Shown: positions 1 to 13,346 of the stretch, one piece after another
How the letters are laid out: the number at the start of each line of letters is the position of its first letter
How positions within the stretch are numbered: position 1 is the first letter of the stretch
From: Felis catus
Taxonomy: Eukaryota
Direction of reading: 5' to 3'
NCBI RefSeq assembly: GCF_018350175.1
Contig: NC_058368.1
Location: 33,854,001 to 33,918,000, forward strand
Length of the DNA stretch: 64,000 bases
Made by a program: the position numbers and the translations under genes
The notes under the pieces: generated by a model
What the model was told of the DNA's origin: nothing
Seen by the model: only the letters and a program-made list of their open reading frames with translations
The model's database searches: none

Positions 1-5
1 GCAAA

Positions 6-213
6 GGGGTGCCTGGGTGACTCAGTCAATTAAGTGTCTGACTTCAGCTCAGGTCATGATCTCATAATTTGTGGGTTCGAGCCCCGGGTCGGGCTCTGTG
101 CTGACAGCTTGGAGCCTGGAGCCTGCTTCAGATTCTGTGTCTCTCTCTCTTTCTGCCCCTCCCTCACTCATGCTCTGTGTCTCTATCTTTCGAAAGCAAA
201 TAAACATTAAAAA
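6..213 (+). mobile_element. CAN-SINE (SINEC_Fc-type)
   Basis: GGGGTGCCTGGGTGACTCAGTC tRNA-like head, (CT)n linker, AATAAA/A tail; partial TSD (GCAAA). Confidence 0.95.
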
Positions 214-299
214 TGTATGCAAATGTACATATAAGAGTGAGCGGAATGTGTAAAGCTCTTTGTATCATACTAACGTTTGCCGAGGGCATCTGCTACAGG

Positions 300-2610
300 A
301 GGCTGATTATACAACCAGTTAGGATGATTCTGTCACCTGTTGATGCCAGTAAGTTTCTGTCTGTCCCTAATGTTCTAGTCTTCCTCCAGGTCCCTGAGTG
401 GTAGGCCAGGCTATTAGCCATATTCACAGGCCAGTATATATTCTCACCTCTAACCACTTTGAAACAAACTAGAGGACCAGGTATGCTGCCTTGAGAGAAT
501 TTCCTTTACAAAGTTTTCCATGTCCACCTATGAGAGAGGCTGCCACCCATTTTTGCCTTACATTCTAAGCTGACCTATCCAGGAACCAAGCTCAAGGTTC
601 TTCCTGCCTCAACAGATGAATGTGTAAAATTCTGCATACCATAGGTGTGAGTTTAGAGAGTGACAATGAGGCATGAGCTATCGGTGGCATGGGTTCTAGG
701 TTACTGGTTCATGGAACTTGGTTGTGTCCTCTTCCATGCTCATGCTTAATTCCATTTATACCACTTCCAACGGACATTGCATTATTGCTGAATCCAACCA
801 ACTATATGAAATGGTGGATTTTCCAGAACCCAGCTTATTATAGACAGCTCCGGACTCCTATCACGTGTTCCATGGCCAGACACTCCATCTCTTCTTGGGC
901 TCACTTTCTAGAGTTGTTTTCAACAGATGTAAAATTCTCTATGGCAGATGAGATGACCTTAATTTAGAACCCCAGGAGATTATTTTGTGATTCTCTCATG
1001 GGCACTTGCCATAAACTTCACTAATATATCTAATAACACAGAATATCGTCACTAATATAACACTAACACAGAATATGTCACTAATATAACACTAATAACA
1101 CAGAAATTGTCAGGTTGTTTGTTCCAAGTTGCAGGGCTGCTTATACAGGGATGCAAGAGGCTCTTCTTTTGGATGGGATATCCCAAAAAACCTCTGGCCA
1201 ATGAACCCAAAAAGCTTACTAGTATAGCAAGTCCTTGAAACTTCAAATAATTTATCGCTGACTCTTAGAATATGTGGGGCTTGCCAAGACCTTCAATTTA
1301 TTAGCTACTTTTTGTTCATCTAGCACCTTTAACAAATTGTCATATATTCAATGGATCAAGTTTTGCCAGATATCCAGATGGTCCAAATATTTTGGGGCCG
1401 TACAATTAACAGGCATAAGAGTTAACATAGACCTAAAGAAAACTGTAAATATATACCAAAGGCAACCATAGGTGAACGCAAAATGCTTCCAAAACTTTTT
1501 TTTTTTTTTACTATGGATGAAAAGTAGCACATTTGCTAAATCTATAACTGCTTCATGTACTGATGCCAGATGACTCCGCTGTAGCACAAATACCATGCCT
1601 GATAATTGCAGTTGCACTGGAGGCTGCTATTAGTTGAGTTTCCAACAATACACTATCATCTTTGAGGATCCACCTGGTTTAGCAAAATAATGATGATTCC
1701 TGGTGAACTAAATGGAGATATGAAGAGGACTAAGACTTCCCAGCCTTAAAGGTGGTACTAATTTTTGTCATCCTCTCCAAGGCTGTGATACTTTTGCTGA
1801 TAAACTATCTTGTGCATCATGGAGGTTGCAGTTGCAGGGGCTTCTACTTGGTCTTCCCCTCTGTATGGTTCTCATCTCATAGGCCAAGTACCCAATGTGG
1901 GGGTTGTACTAACAATCAAGTATATCTATCCTCACCTGACATTAGGCAGTTAGGAGGGGTCTGTAAATTTAGTATGAGGTACATACTACCCAGTGTTCCA
2001 CTTATTAACTAGCCCCCATATGCTTCACTAAAAAAAAAAAAAAAAAAAAAAAAAGAGAGACATGGTGATACTTTACATCTCTGAATACCAATGTTCATTA
2101 TTCCTCAAAATGTTTGAAAATTCTTCTTTTTTCGTTGTAAATTTTTATTGAGTAAATGACAGCGAAAAGACTGAGTGAATCATTATCTTGCACGTTGCCA
2201 TGTTACTAAAGAATCTTTTTGTCAAAGGACCTAACATTCTCCTTAACAAGTGGATCTTGAATCAATATTTCCTCAGGTCCAGAAACTAGGAAATAATTTT
2301 AAACATTTTTAGTGGACAACTTCCTTTAGCCTCCAGATCATCCATTTTTAAAAATTTCTTCTGAGAGTACAAGTTGAATAATTCCATTCTTGGGTGTTTA
2401 CTTACTTTGGCCATAACTCTTTTCCATACTTTCAAAAGTTATTCCTATTGAGTTCAAATCACCTCCTGAGATCCTCACAGGATCTTAAATTCTGCATCAT
2501 GAGTGAAGACTCCCAAACCAATAAACTCTCATTCACTTTGTTTAATATTCCAACACTCATGACCCCAGAATTTAAGTTCATCCATCACATCATGATCTAC
2601 TAATTCTCTG
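300..2610 (-). mobile_element. Decayed ERVL (class III) internal region: gag fragment, protease, RT, RNase H
   Basis: Minus-strand translation resembles the recalled HERVL polyprotein. RT: AVIDLANVLLFI..KHFAFT..YIFTV (ORF 1348-1617) vs AIDLANAFFSIP..KQFAFSW..YTFTV. Also protease AYGG.LISG, tether/RNase H at 360-1020 and gag-like sequence at 2340-2600. Many stops and frameshifts. Confidence 0.85.
1019..1110. repeat. ~30-bp tandem repeat x3 inside ERVL pol
   Basis: Three copies of CACTAATATA..(A)CTAATAACACAGAATATGT. Confidence 0.9.
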
Positions 2611-2677
2611 TGTTAAAAATATTAGAAACTTTTGGAAAACTGAAAAATATCTATAGCTTAAAAATGTTTTAATTGAG

Positions 2678-2885
2678 GGGCACCTGGGCGGGGTGCTCAG
2701 TCAGTTAAGCGTCCAACTCTGGCTCAGGTAATGATCTCATGGTTTGTAAGTTCGAGGCCCATATGGAGCTCTCGGCTGTCAGCACAGAGCCCATTTCAGA
2801 TCCTCTGTCTCCTCCCCCTCTGCCCCTCCCCTGCTTGTGTGTACACACTCTCTCTCTCTCTCAAAAATAAATATTAAAAAAAGTA
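2678..2885 (+). mobile_element. CAN-SINE
   Basis: SINE head, (CT)n, A tail; TSD AAAAAT(G/A)TTTTAA(T/C)TGA. Confidence 0.93.
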
Positions 2886-2948
2886 AAAATATTTTAACTG
2901 AAATGAATCGACTGAATTTTATTAACATCTGTAATGTCTTGAGTCTTT

Positions 2949-3058
2949 TTAAAAAAGATTTTATTTTTAAGTAATTTCTACACCTAATGTAGGGCTTGAA
3001 CTCATAACCCTGAGATCGAGAATCATGCACTCCACAGACTGAGCCAGCCAGGCACCCC
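2949..3058 (-). mobile_element. Short tRNA-derived carnivore SINE (no CT linker)
   Basis: Reverse complement of GGGGTGCCTGGCTGGCTCAGTC...GGTGTAGAAATTACTTAAAAATAAAA; TSD GAGTCTT. Confidence 0.88.
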
Positions 3059-3459
3059 ATAGAGTCTTGTGTTTATATATCTCAAATACCAATATTTTGA
3101 GTACTGGAAAGGGGATAATACATCTATATCTCCTTTACATTTGAGGCAGTAGGAGCATAAAATTCTTTTATCTTTTTATGGACATGTTAAGTTCATGCAC
3201 ATTCCCATAGCTGCTCTACACCAAAATAGAATATTACCTGCACATTAGCAGCAGTGACTGTTACTTACGTTTATCAAGGGAAAAATTATAGGTACCTAAA
3301 TATTATTTTATGAAATGGGCTCAGTTATTTCTCTCCCATTTTATTGCCCCAAATGGACCTTTTGGCATTGATGACACATAACTGTGGTCTGTTCCACACA
3401 ACTGTATACCACTAAGTGTATGGAATTTCTCCTAGAATGCTAAAAGAACCTCTGAGCTA

Positions 3460-3765
3460 TTGGCAATAATTCTATATGGTGAAACTTGTGACAACAGTTG
3501 TCCTGGGCTACTTTTCCAAGGAAAAAGCAAACAGTCTTGGAAAATGAAGGTCGTATCTTCGTGTGGCCACAGGGCAGATCTGTTTACCATCCAGAATTAT
3601 AAAGGTAATGTGTCCTTCTAAAGAGAAAGCTTAAGCAGGTTTGCTAGAAGTCCCTTACATGGATATCAGGGTTTCCTAATATCAGGGTTCATCCATTGTG
3701 ACAGGAACCCACTATGTGTGCACCATCCACCTAGGTCTGCTTCTGCTTCTGAAGACCTTCTGGGA
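3460..3765 (+). mobile_element. LTR40-like ERVL solo LTR fragment
   Basis: Resembles recalled LTR40 consensus (AACAGTCTTGGAAAAT..AGGGCAGATCTG..AGGGTTTCCTAA..AACCCACTATGTGTGCA). Confidence 0.6.
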
Positions 3766-3774
3766 CTTCAGCAG

Positions 3775-4190
3775 TGTTTTCTATACTAACATAACAAATT
3801 ATCAGAAATATAGTAGCCTAAAATAACATGCAGTTATTATTTCACACTTTCCGTGGCTCAAGGATCCAGGCAGAGCTTAAGATGGTCCTTTGCTCAGGGT
3901 CTTACAAGGCTGCAATCCCGCCAGGGTGCCTTATCATCTAGAGAAGAATCTGCTTCTACTTTCATTCAAGTTACTGGTAGATACTTGTGGTTGTATGACT
4001 GAAGATCCTAGGTTTTACATGATGTTGAATGGAGGCTATCCACAGTTCATAAAGGGCATCTGCAGTTACTTGTCAAGTGGGTTTTCCAACATGGTGATTT
4101 GCTTCATCAAGACTATCATCTGGATAAGTCCTCAGCTCCAATTTGCCAAGATAGGGTCTTACTGAAGTTAATGTAGTTACAGGGGTGACA
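3775..4190 (-). mobile_element. MLT1 (MaLR) LTR, MLT1E-like
   Basis: TAACAAATTATCAGAAATATAGTAGCCTAAAATAACA...ACAAGGCTGCAATC, typical MLT1 antisense. Confidence 0.75.
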
Positions 4191-5618
4191 TGACTCAGGA
4201 GCTACCTTCTGCCAGAATCTATGAACCTGTGGCAGGACAACTTTTTAGTTTATAAGTACAGTAAAATTCTTTATAGTTCTTAACAGGTTTTTTTTTTCTT
4301 TTCTAATCTTCTCCTGGATATTCATAGGCCACTGAGAGTATACAGTAATACTATCCTGACCTGTTCCCTCTCTTAGTGGTGGAGGACTATCCAGAGAAGA
4401 AGAGTTTCATGTAACTACATAGCATCTCTATACGCATTACTACATTCAGAAACTTTATACTTATAAGGACAAGTACATTTGGAAGCTGGTACTTGACATC
4501 TTAATCTTTACCTATGTAAAAGTTCTTTGAACTATGGCTTTACTTGTTTAAACCAATTCATCTGGAGTATAGTTACATTACCAGTTTACTTAATTTGAAT
4601 CTTTTTAGACCCCTAGAGTACAACCAAAATGACTGTGGAAAGGTAATATACCAGAACTCAGTCATGAAATTTATGGCCAGTGACCTGAATGGAATATAAT
4701 TGCTCCTTTCTAAACTTGACAGATTCTCATATTATTTTTTTAAAGTTTAACAATGTATAATGTCTTACTAGAACCAATAAATACACCATCGGGGTGGTTT
4801 TGAAATGCAGATTGCTTTTAAAATTGTGCTAAAATGGCTTCTTTTTCCACAGACTACTTAGCGATATGAGTTCAAAGATCACCAGTTGAATAGCCCATAA
4901 AAGGTCCATTATGTCATTTTACACACATCTATCTGCCAAGCACTCAAGATCTTAATAAGAAATTAAATAGTTCAAAGAAGATAAAGTTATGAAAGTTAAG
5001 TGGCGAGACAATGCAATGCTCTACTGATAGAAGTTATTTCAACAGTTTATAAAGTGTTGACAGCTCTTTTCCAGCTTGGCTTAAGCACGGTCTTGTCATA
5101 TTGCCAAAGCAATACATTGTGTAGTTCATCCAGGTATATTCTGTATCCATAATTTGAAGTTCCTCCATTCCTCTCTTGAAATTCTCCTTCTATGAGCATT
5201 CCAGAGTTTGACAATAGTAGACACTCATTACCATTATATTATAATAAAGCAGACAAATGTTTCCTTCCTCCCTCATGCTACAGGAAGCATCTTGTTGGAC
5301 CTGGGGAAAAATGAAAGTAACTCTCTTCCAGATTACCTTACTTCTTTTCAACCCCTGAAACTCTCCAGAGCACAAGGGCACTGCATCTGATTTTGAGGTT
5401 TTCCCTTTCTTTTCACTGCCTCTCTAGCAATCACTTTTAAGACTTCCCCCCAAATAGACGACCTTCTCCATTGTTTCTCAAATCACACAAAATTACTGGT
5501 TTCCTAGTCGACCAGTAACCAACCAGTAACCAACATTCCCACTACAAATCATCAGTCATCTTTCCACTTCAGAATCCTCAATGGCTTCCCATATGTTTGT
5601 CAGTGTTTCCCAAGCTTT

Positions 5619-5825
5619 TTTAAATTTAAAAAATAAAAATTAACGGTTATTCATTTTTGAGAGACAAAGACAGAGTGCAAAGGGGGAGGGAGACAGAATC
5701 CGAAGCAGGCTCCAGGCTCTGAGCCGCCAGCACCAAACCAACACGGGGCTCGAACCCACGAACCATGAGATCTCGAACTGAGTCAAAGTTGGACACTCGG
5801 CCAACTGAGCCACCCAGGTGCTCCT
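5619..5825 (-). mobile_element. CAN-SINE
   Basis: Antisense SINE; TSD CCCAAGCTTT at 5609-5618 and 5826-5835. Confidence 0.95.
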
Positions 5826-5951
5826 CCCAAGCTTTAGAGTATACAGAAACACAGACTTTCAGTCCCATGCTCATAGTGGCTCAGTCATAGTTTACATGTT
5901 TATTGCATATATGCAGTGTGTAATTCCATTAAAAACATTTTACTACCAAAG

Positions 5952-6214
5952 CAGTGGTGTCTTGGTAAATGTTTAACAACTCTCTAGGGGAAAAAAAAAG
6001 TGAGAACAAAAGACAAAGGAAGAAGGAAAGAGAGGCAGGGAAGGTAGAAAGAAGAAAAAGGACAACACTGGAAATCTGCCAGTTTCTATCAGGTGCATAC
6101 TCCCAACATTGCCTTTATCAAGTTAACAAAGTGTTATCATGGAGACGATGTTGGGAAAAGATGGACATAGTTTTTGTGAGCCAGTAGCTACCAATCAGCT
6201 CCAGCACAACATGG
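5952..6214 (-). mobile_element. MER63-like hAT-Blackjack non-autonomous DNA transposon
   Basis: Imperfect TIR ends CAGTGGTGTCTTGGTAAATGTTTAACAAC ... AGCTCCAGCACAACATG match recalled MER63 termini. Confidence 0.65.
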
Positions 6215-7571
6215 CACCTAGGTGATTCTACTTCTACTAAACTGCACTTATATGATATTATTTACTGCTAGTATCTGTGCTTTACTTGCTCCCCCTTCCC
6301 GGAATGCAGAACTTTTCTTTCTCTCTGATTATTTCATAGCAGGGATACTAATAATCCACCTGGGAAACTATTGTCCAAGTAGCAATCCCAGATACTTCCA
6401 TAGTTGAGAGTGGATATTTCATAGTATTCACTACATTTTATTGTAGTTATCTATTAAAATGTCAATTTTGATCTCCAGTTGAGTCATCAGAAACTATCTC
6501 TCATTTATCTTGGTATCACCAAATGTGTAACAAACTGTAGGGACTAAATGTTTATAAAACTTATAATTCACCATAATTAATTACTAATAATGGAGCCAGC
6601 AATTTCAATATTGATTTAGTATTGATTTAATATTGAGACAATTTAAATGCATCAAAGAAGAGATGGAATAGGGAAGTGATAAGCTGACCAATGGGTTTTA
6701 AAGGGATGGGTAACTGGAAAAAAAATAGAATTAAAAGAAATATAAACAGTGCCTTGCTCAGAGAAGTCAACTGGTGAAATTTTGAGGACAAAAAAAAAAT
6801 CACTGGTTGGTTTTATAAACAGTATGATTATATTTTATTTCTATTCATCACATAATTACACCAACCAAAAATAATGAGGATAATCAAATTTCAAGCTTTA
6901 ATACACAGGCCTGAGATCAAGGAGAAGGTATTAACCCCTTATGTAGTTTGCTAAAGAAGCTAGTCAATACTAAAATATAACTATAAAACTAAACAGAGTA
7001 TGAGAAAATATCATTATTGAATATGCTTTTATACTAAACTCACTACAGACTATTCATTGTCAGCTTTTTTTCTATATTAACTCATAAACCTAAACTTTCC
7101 TATAGAGTATATTATAAATGTTTCCCACCTTTAAATTCAAACTTTAGAATGGAGAAACTAATTCAATGGGTATTTCTTTGATAGTACGCACATCTCTTGG
7201 GATAACTTGAGAAAGCAATAGCCTGAATGTTCTCCATTCACAGGAGATATGAATTGGAGTTGCCCTGATCATTCACAATGGGAAAAGATGAAAAAACTGA
7301 GAAATGAATCAAATTTTAAACATGCCTTCAATTTTCAAAAGATACCAAAGCACAGGAAGAATAAGGGATAAGCTAGGGAAAATGAGAAGGTAACTTTTGA
7401 GACTATAAATACATTTTACTTTGTGTTCATGCTTCCTGCCACTATTTTTGTGGTTTGAGATATGGGCAATTAAGTTCAGAGATAATAAAATGAAATATCT
7501 GGAAAGAACTTTAGAAATTCTCATCAAATCCTTCATTTTACTGACGAAGATGATGAGGTTCAAGAAGAACC

Positions 7572-8099
7572 TTTTTTTCTTGGGAGGTTGGGTGATTCAC
7601 CACACTTTTATTACCCATACTCAGTGAGAAAAAAAATAAGCTTGAGATGCAGCTTCTATTTTTTTCTGTTTCTTAGTTTGTGTTTCCTCTATTCTTATTT
7701 TTCTTCTTCACGGAACATTTTTTTTTCCAATAAATAAACTTTTAGAATGTCCTTCTACATTTTTGAAGCAAAATTAGGTCTCTGCTTAGGTTTACTGATG
7801 TTCTTCAACTGGGTTTTGCAATTTTAATTTTTCTTTATTAACAGAACACATAAGTGAGTTTTCTTCCCAACATTTTAGAATCATTTAGTTTCTAGGCAAG
7901 ATGAACAGCATCTACATACCAAGAGCACATATCAAACCCTCTGCCACCTTCTGTAACTTGATCTGTCATAATCCTTACTGCTATAATACTCCCACAGTCC
8001 AAAATGTGTTCCTCAATTGCCGATTCTTTGACTTCATAAAGGAGATTCCCCATAAGTACTGATCTCTTGTCCCTAGATGAGGTCTCGGGACAAGAGATT
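7572..8099 (-). pseudogene. RBM34: 5'-truncated processed pseudogene of RBM34 (RRM2, basic C-terminus, short 3'UTR)
   Basis: ETSSRDKRSVLMGNLLYEVKESAIEEHILDCGSIIAVRI..DAVHLA*KLN..GRKL..SVNKEK..KNISKPKQ..EGHSKSLFIG matches the recalled RBM34 C-terminus. Stop at 7658-7656, AATAAA at 7612-7607, short A-run at 7578-7572; internal stops and frameshifts. Confidence 0.9.
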
Positions 8100-8220
8100 G
8101 CAAAATTAAGATCATCTACCCACATTCATGCACCAAGTTTCTGATGTATGCAAGTGCACAATCCATGTTTTCTGGGGCCAATCTAATTTTCTATTTTTAT
8201 CATATATTGTCTCACTACTC

Positions 8221-8431
8221 ATTTTTTATGACATTTATTGTCAAATTGGTTTCTATACAACACCCAGTGCTCATCCCAACAGGTGCCCTCCTCAATGCCC
8301 ATCACCCACTTTCCCCTCCCTCCCACCCCGTCATCAACCCTGTTTATTCTCAGTTTTTAAGAGTCTCTTATGGTTTGCCTCCTTCCCTCTCTGTAACTTT
8401 TTTTCCCCCCTTCCCCTCCCCCGTGGTCTTC
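8221..8431 (-). mobile_element. Felid L1 (L1_Fc-like) 3' end
   Basis: ATTTATTGTCAAATTGGTTTCTATACAACACCCAGTGCTCATCCCAACAGGTGCCCTCCTCAATGCCCATCACC, antisense of cat L1 3'UTR. Confidence 0.9.
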
Positions 8432-8464
8432 TTATTGTCAGTTGGGAATTTAAAAAATTTGTAT

Positions 8465-8545
8465 CCTTCATAAGTTAGCTTTATGACTTGGTCAAGTCAC
8501 TTTGTCTCTCCAGGTCATCTTGTTCACATCTGCAAAAGGAGGGAA
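8465..8545 (+). mobile_element. MIR fragment
   Basis: TGACTTGGTCAAGTCACTTTGTCTCTC..CACATCTGCAAAAGG core. Confidence 0.6.
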
Positions 8546-8759
8546 CATGACTTCCAGTGGTCACATTTTCTGTTTTTATGGCTCCCTGCTTATTAACTAC
8601 CAAAATTAGGAAACAGTTTTCAATTAAAGCATGCAGAAGCATATAAAAGCCAGAAAGGAAACATCACGACCATTTTCCAGTCTCCTGTGGAATGCAAATT
8701 CTGAATTACGGATGACTTAAAATTTTTCTTTTTAAAAGTCAAGCCACCGGATGGCATAA

Positions 8760-9130
8760 TGTGTAGCAGACTGGATAACTGCTCACCAAATCTATTTTCT
8801 TTTCCTCTAGGGTACATAAATAGAATTTATATCCCAGCCTCTTTTTTGAATTTGGGTATGACTCTGTTCCAGTAGCATGTGACCATAAAGGAAATGGGTC
8901 GCTTTATGCCTGACCATAAAACCTTCCAACATGATTCCCTATTCTTTTCCCCTCATGTTCAAGACTGAAATTCTGGGTCAAAAAAAGAGTAAGTAAAACA
9001 ACAACATGTAAAGATAACCATATGTAGGAATATCAGCTTCCTATTTTGGCCTCCTTCACATGAATAAGAAATAAATGTCTATTTTGTTAGAGCCCTGAGA
9101 TTTCTGGGTTTTTCTGTTAAAGAGGTAACC
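8760..9130 (+). mobile_element. MLT1 (I/J-like) LTR
   Basis: TCCCAGCCTC..CCATAAAACCTTCC..GAATAAGAAATAAATGTCTATTTTGTTAGAGCCCTGAGATTTCTGGG. Confidence 0.7.
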
Positions 9131-10220
9131 ATTGAGGACATTATATTGTCTAGTACTACAGAGTTCTTAAAATTCTATGGTTCTGATATTCTAATTTGTC
9201 AAAATACACATCTGTAATAAATACACATTCTATGTTAAAGTGGAACCAAAGGCAAACTTCCTGTTTCTATACATCAGTAATTATACTTACTTCTAAATTA
9301 ATATTTCTCAAAAATCTTATTAATTTATTATTTTAATTTAAACTGCTTTAGAAGTTGTCAAATAATTTAGCCATTTTAATTAATTACAACTTTTCTTTTT
9401 CCTTTAGGAATTTTTTTTTTTTTGCCTTAAAATTGGCATTAATATCCTGAGAGGGTAGAAATCCCTGCAGGTAACCTTAAGAGGCCTATTTCTTAATTTC
9501 AAATAGATTAAAATATGAACACTTTTAAAGAGGTTTTTTAAAATATTCTTCTTTCCCATATCACATTTGTATCTAGAAAAGATTAGCATATGTTGTTGTG
9601 ATAAACATTCTATTTTTAGAATTTTTATTGAATTTTCTATTCAATGGACACATACTGGAAGTGAGAATATAAACATTTTAACAAACAGATTTAATACATA
9701 CACTTTTTTCTACTGCTTTGTATAATACGAGCAAGCCCCCAAAAACACAAAAATTAAAAAAAAAGTCTTATTTAGAAAACCAAGCCAAAGACCAAAAGGT
9801 ATTCGTTCTAATAAAAATTGATGAAACTCATATGAATACTGTGTAGGTTAAATAATCAAGTATCCTAATAGCAATATTTTCTATAGAATATTAATTTGCC
9901 AGAGATTACCTAGCAAACTAAACTAGCTACTGCAGTGTAGCAACTAATAATACTTCAAGAAATAGTTTAAATAGGAGTCAGCAAACTTATTTTAGAATAG
10001 CAAGGGAAGAAAGCATTAGATGCCTTTGAATTTTATAGTTGTTTTCTTTTATTTAAGAAAAGTAAGGTGGTGGGATTTCCAGAACAGCAGTGGTAGGAGC
10101 TTGGCAAACACTGTTCTTATGTAAGCAATTATTTCCTGGGAAACAACCACTGAATTCCCTGTAAGGTAACCTACTGACATATAAGAAATGGACAAAATTT
10201 CATTAAAAAAAAAACAACCA

Positions 10221-10450
10221 GGGGCGTCTGGGTGGTTCAGTCAGTGGAAGGTCTCACTTCAGCTCAGGTAATGATCTCATGGTTTGTGGGTTCCAGCCCC
10301 ACATCAGGCTCTGTGCTGGCAGCAGTCTGCTTTAGATTCTGTGTCTCCCTCTCTCTCTGCCTGCCCCATGCTCATGCTCTCGCTCGCTCTCTCTCTCTCT
10401 CTCTCTTTCTCTCTGTCTCAAAAATAAATAAGCATTATTTAAAAAAAAAT
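10221..10450 (+). mobile_element. CAN-SINE in L1 5' region
   Basis: SINE head, (CT)n, A tail. Confidence 0.93.
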
Positions 10451-13133
10451 ACTAATAAATCTCAGTAAGAACACTGTGAATTTACAGCATTTGAGTTATG
10501 AGCTATTCACATCCCCAGGCACAGATCAGTATGACAGAAGCTCCACTCTATGTAGATTCTATCACAAAGGTGAGGCTCCCTTTCCCCACACCTCCCAGTC
10601 TAAGGCTATAGTTTCAATGTAGATGGGGTAGACCAGCAGCAAAAGAGTTGCTACATCTTTTGTTGCTAACAGCAACAAAAAGACCTAAGGGTTTGAGGAA
10701 GGGTATCAATGTCATGAGTTGCTAAAATGCATTGAAGCGTATTTTTCAACAAAAATGTATGATTTGCAAAGAAACAGGTAAATGTGACTCACACATAGAA
10801 AAAAAAAAGGCAGGTAATATCGTTTGCATTTGAGGGAAACAAAAATACTGGTTTAACAGACAAAACTTGCAAAGCAGATTGTATACATATGTTCAAAATA
10901 CAGAGAAAATTATGTTTGAAAATTAAAAGAAGGCATTGTGACAATGTCTCATCAAGAACAATAAAGAGATGGAAATTTTAAAAAGGAATAAAATGGAAAT
11001 TCTGGAATTGAAAAGCACAGACTCTTAAATGAAAAATTTACTAAATATGCTCCACTGAAGAAAAAGGAATTGTGGCAGAAAAAAAAGAATTTGTGAACTT
11101 GATAGATTTACAAAGATTACACATTGAAAAACAAAGAGAAAAGGGAAAGAAGGAAAATAAAAGGGCCTCCAGAAGAAGGTGGAAAACCAGTATTACATCA
11201 ACGTATCTGTAACAAGATCTGTACTTACAACGTATCTGTACTTCTAACAAGAGTGTCAGAAGTACAAGAGAGACAGTCACATAAAAGTATATTTGAAGAA
11301 ATGATAGTTGAATTCCAAATGCGATGAAAAAGTTTAAATTACACATCTCAGAGACTGAACGAACTCCAAGTAGAATAAATTCAAAGAGATGCACACCCAG
11401 ATATATCAGAATAAATATATCAACAAGTAAAAAACGAAGAAAAAATCTTGAAAGCAGCAAGATAAAATAGTTTATCATTACAATGGACTCCATCCAACAA
11501 GATCAACAGCTGATCTCTGATCAGGAAGAGAATCCAGAAGGCAGTGGGTAAAATAATCAATGCCCCCCACACACACCTGGAGAAAAAAAAAAAAAAAAGG
11601 CTGTCAAGAATGTTACGTCCAGGGAAAGTATGTTTCAAAAACGAAGGTGAAGGTGAATAGAAGACAACTGCAGAAGCAAAAGCTGAGATAGTTCATTGCT
11701 AGCTGAGCCTTCTTCCAAGAAATACTAAAGGAAGTTCTTCAGACAGAAAGCACGTAAACTCAGACAGAAATTCAAATGCACATGAAAAAAGAAACACCCC
11801 CCAGTGAAGGTAATTGTGTAATATTATAGAAGACAGTATAAATGCTTATTATTCCACCTCTTTTCTCTTATTTGAAAAGCAATTGTATGTGTATATATAG
11901 ATATACCTATATATACACAGATAGATGTGCCTATATATTACACACAGAACTGTAATTTACATATTATTATCTTGTTGGGCCTATAACATGTAGAAATGTA
12001 ATATATTTAGCACTAACAGCTTAAAGGGGGCGGGTGAAAATAAAGCTGTTTTGGAGTAAGAAAATGACACCATATGGTTACTAAATCCTCAGGAAGAAAT
12101 GAAAAGATAAGAAATGGAAAATAAGTTTAATATAACAAATATTATAAATATATACTTGTTCTCCTTTCTTAACTTCTTTAAAAGACATAAAATGATAAAA
12201 ACCAATACACAGAACAATACATTAATGGGTTTGTAAACTAATTAGATGTACTATGTATAATAATAGCATAAAAAGGGGGAAGATAGAGCTTTGTAGGAGT
12301 AATATTTCTATATTTCTCTAAAATTAAGTGAGTATAAATTTGAAGTAGATTCTGATAAATTGAGATAGGTGTAGAGCAACCATTAAAGACATAACTGAAA
12401 AAAACTACAGTGAAAAACTATTAAAGGAATTAAATATTACATTAGAAAACATTCACTTAATGCAAAAGAAAGCATTAAAAGAGGACTAGAGGAACAAATT
12501 AGATATTAGACAATTTTTTAAGTAAAAGGACAAACGTGAGTCCAAATATATCAATAATAAATTTAAATGTGAATGAGTTAAGCAATGTGATCAATAAACA
12601 GATCATCAGGCTAGATTAAAAACAATACATACTGTCTACAGGAGACACACTTTTGATGTTTTAGATGAAAAGATACAAACAGATTGAAAGGATTAAAAAA
12701 AAAAGATCATGCAAATAGTAGTCATAAGAAAGCTGAAGTACCTATACTAACATTAGATAAAATGAACTCTAAAAATAAAAATGCTCCTACAGATTATGAG
12801 CACCATTTTATAATAATAAAATGTAGACTATCAGGAAAATCATAAACACCTCATAATCATAAACACATATGCACCTCAAAATATATTAAAATAAAAGACA
12901 GAAATAAAAAGGAAAATAGACAATAGAGTTATAGTAGTTGGAGACTTCCATGCCTCACTTTTAATCATGGACAGAACAAGGAGACAGAAGATCAACATGG
13001 AAATAGACCTGACCAGCGCTATAAACCAACAAGACCTAACAGACATCTACTGGACACAGTACTCCAAACACCTAACTGCACACTCATCTCAAAAGCACAT
13101 GGAGCACTGTCTAATAAGATAGAAAATATTCTA

Positions 13134-13346
13134 ATTTCTTTAATGTTTATTTACTATTGAGAGACAGAGAGAGACAGAACATGAGCATGGGAGGTGCAGA
13201 GAGAGGGGGAGACACAGAATCTGAATTAGGCTCCAGACTCCGAGCTGTCAGCACAGAACCCGAAGCAGGGCTCGAACTCACAAACCCTGAGATCATGACC
13301 TGATCCAAAGACAGACACTTAACTCACTGAACCACCCAGGTGCCCC
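13134..13346 (-). mobile_element. CAN-SINE in L1 ORF2
   Basis: TSD AAGATAGA(A/C)AATATTCTA at 13116-13133 and 13347-13364. Confidence 0.95.

Noticed and set aside
1019..1110. CRISPR-like array
   Set aside because: Tandem units without unique spacers, in mammalian ERV DNA; the shared CACTAATATA with the 47219-47280 duplication is probably chance
3460..3765. LTR40-like element as the 5' LTR of the ERVL provirus
   Set aside because: Opposite orientation to the minus-strand internal region
11041..11493. 150-aa hydrophobic ORF resembling a membrane protein
   Set aside because: Antisense of A-rich L1 ORF1 remnant
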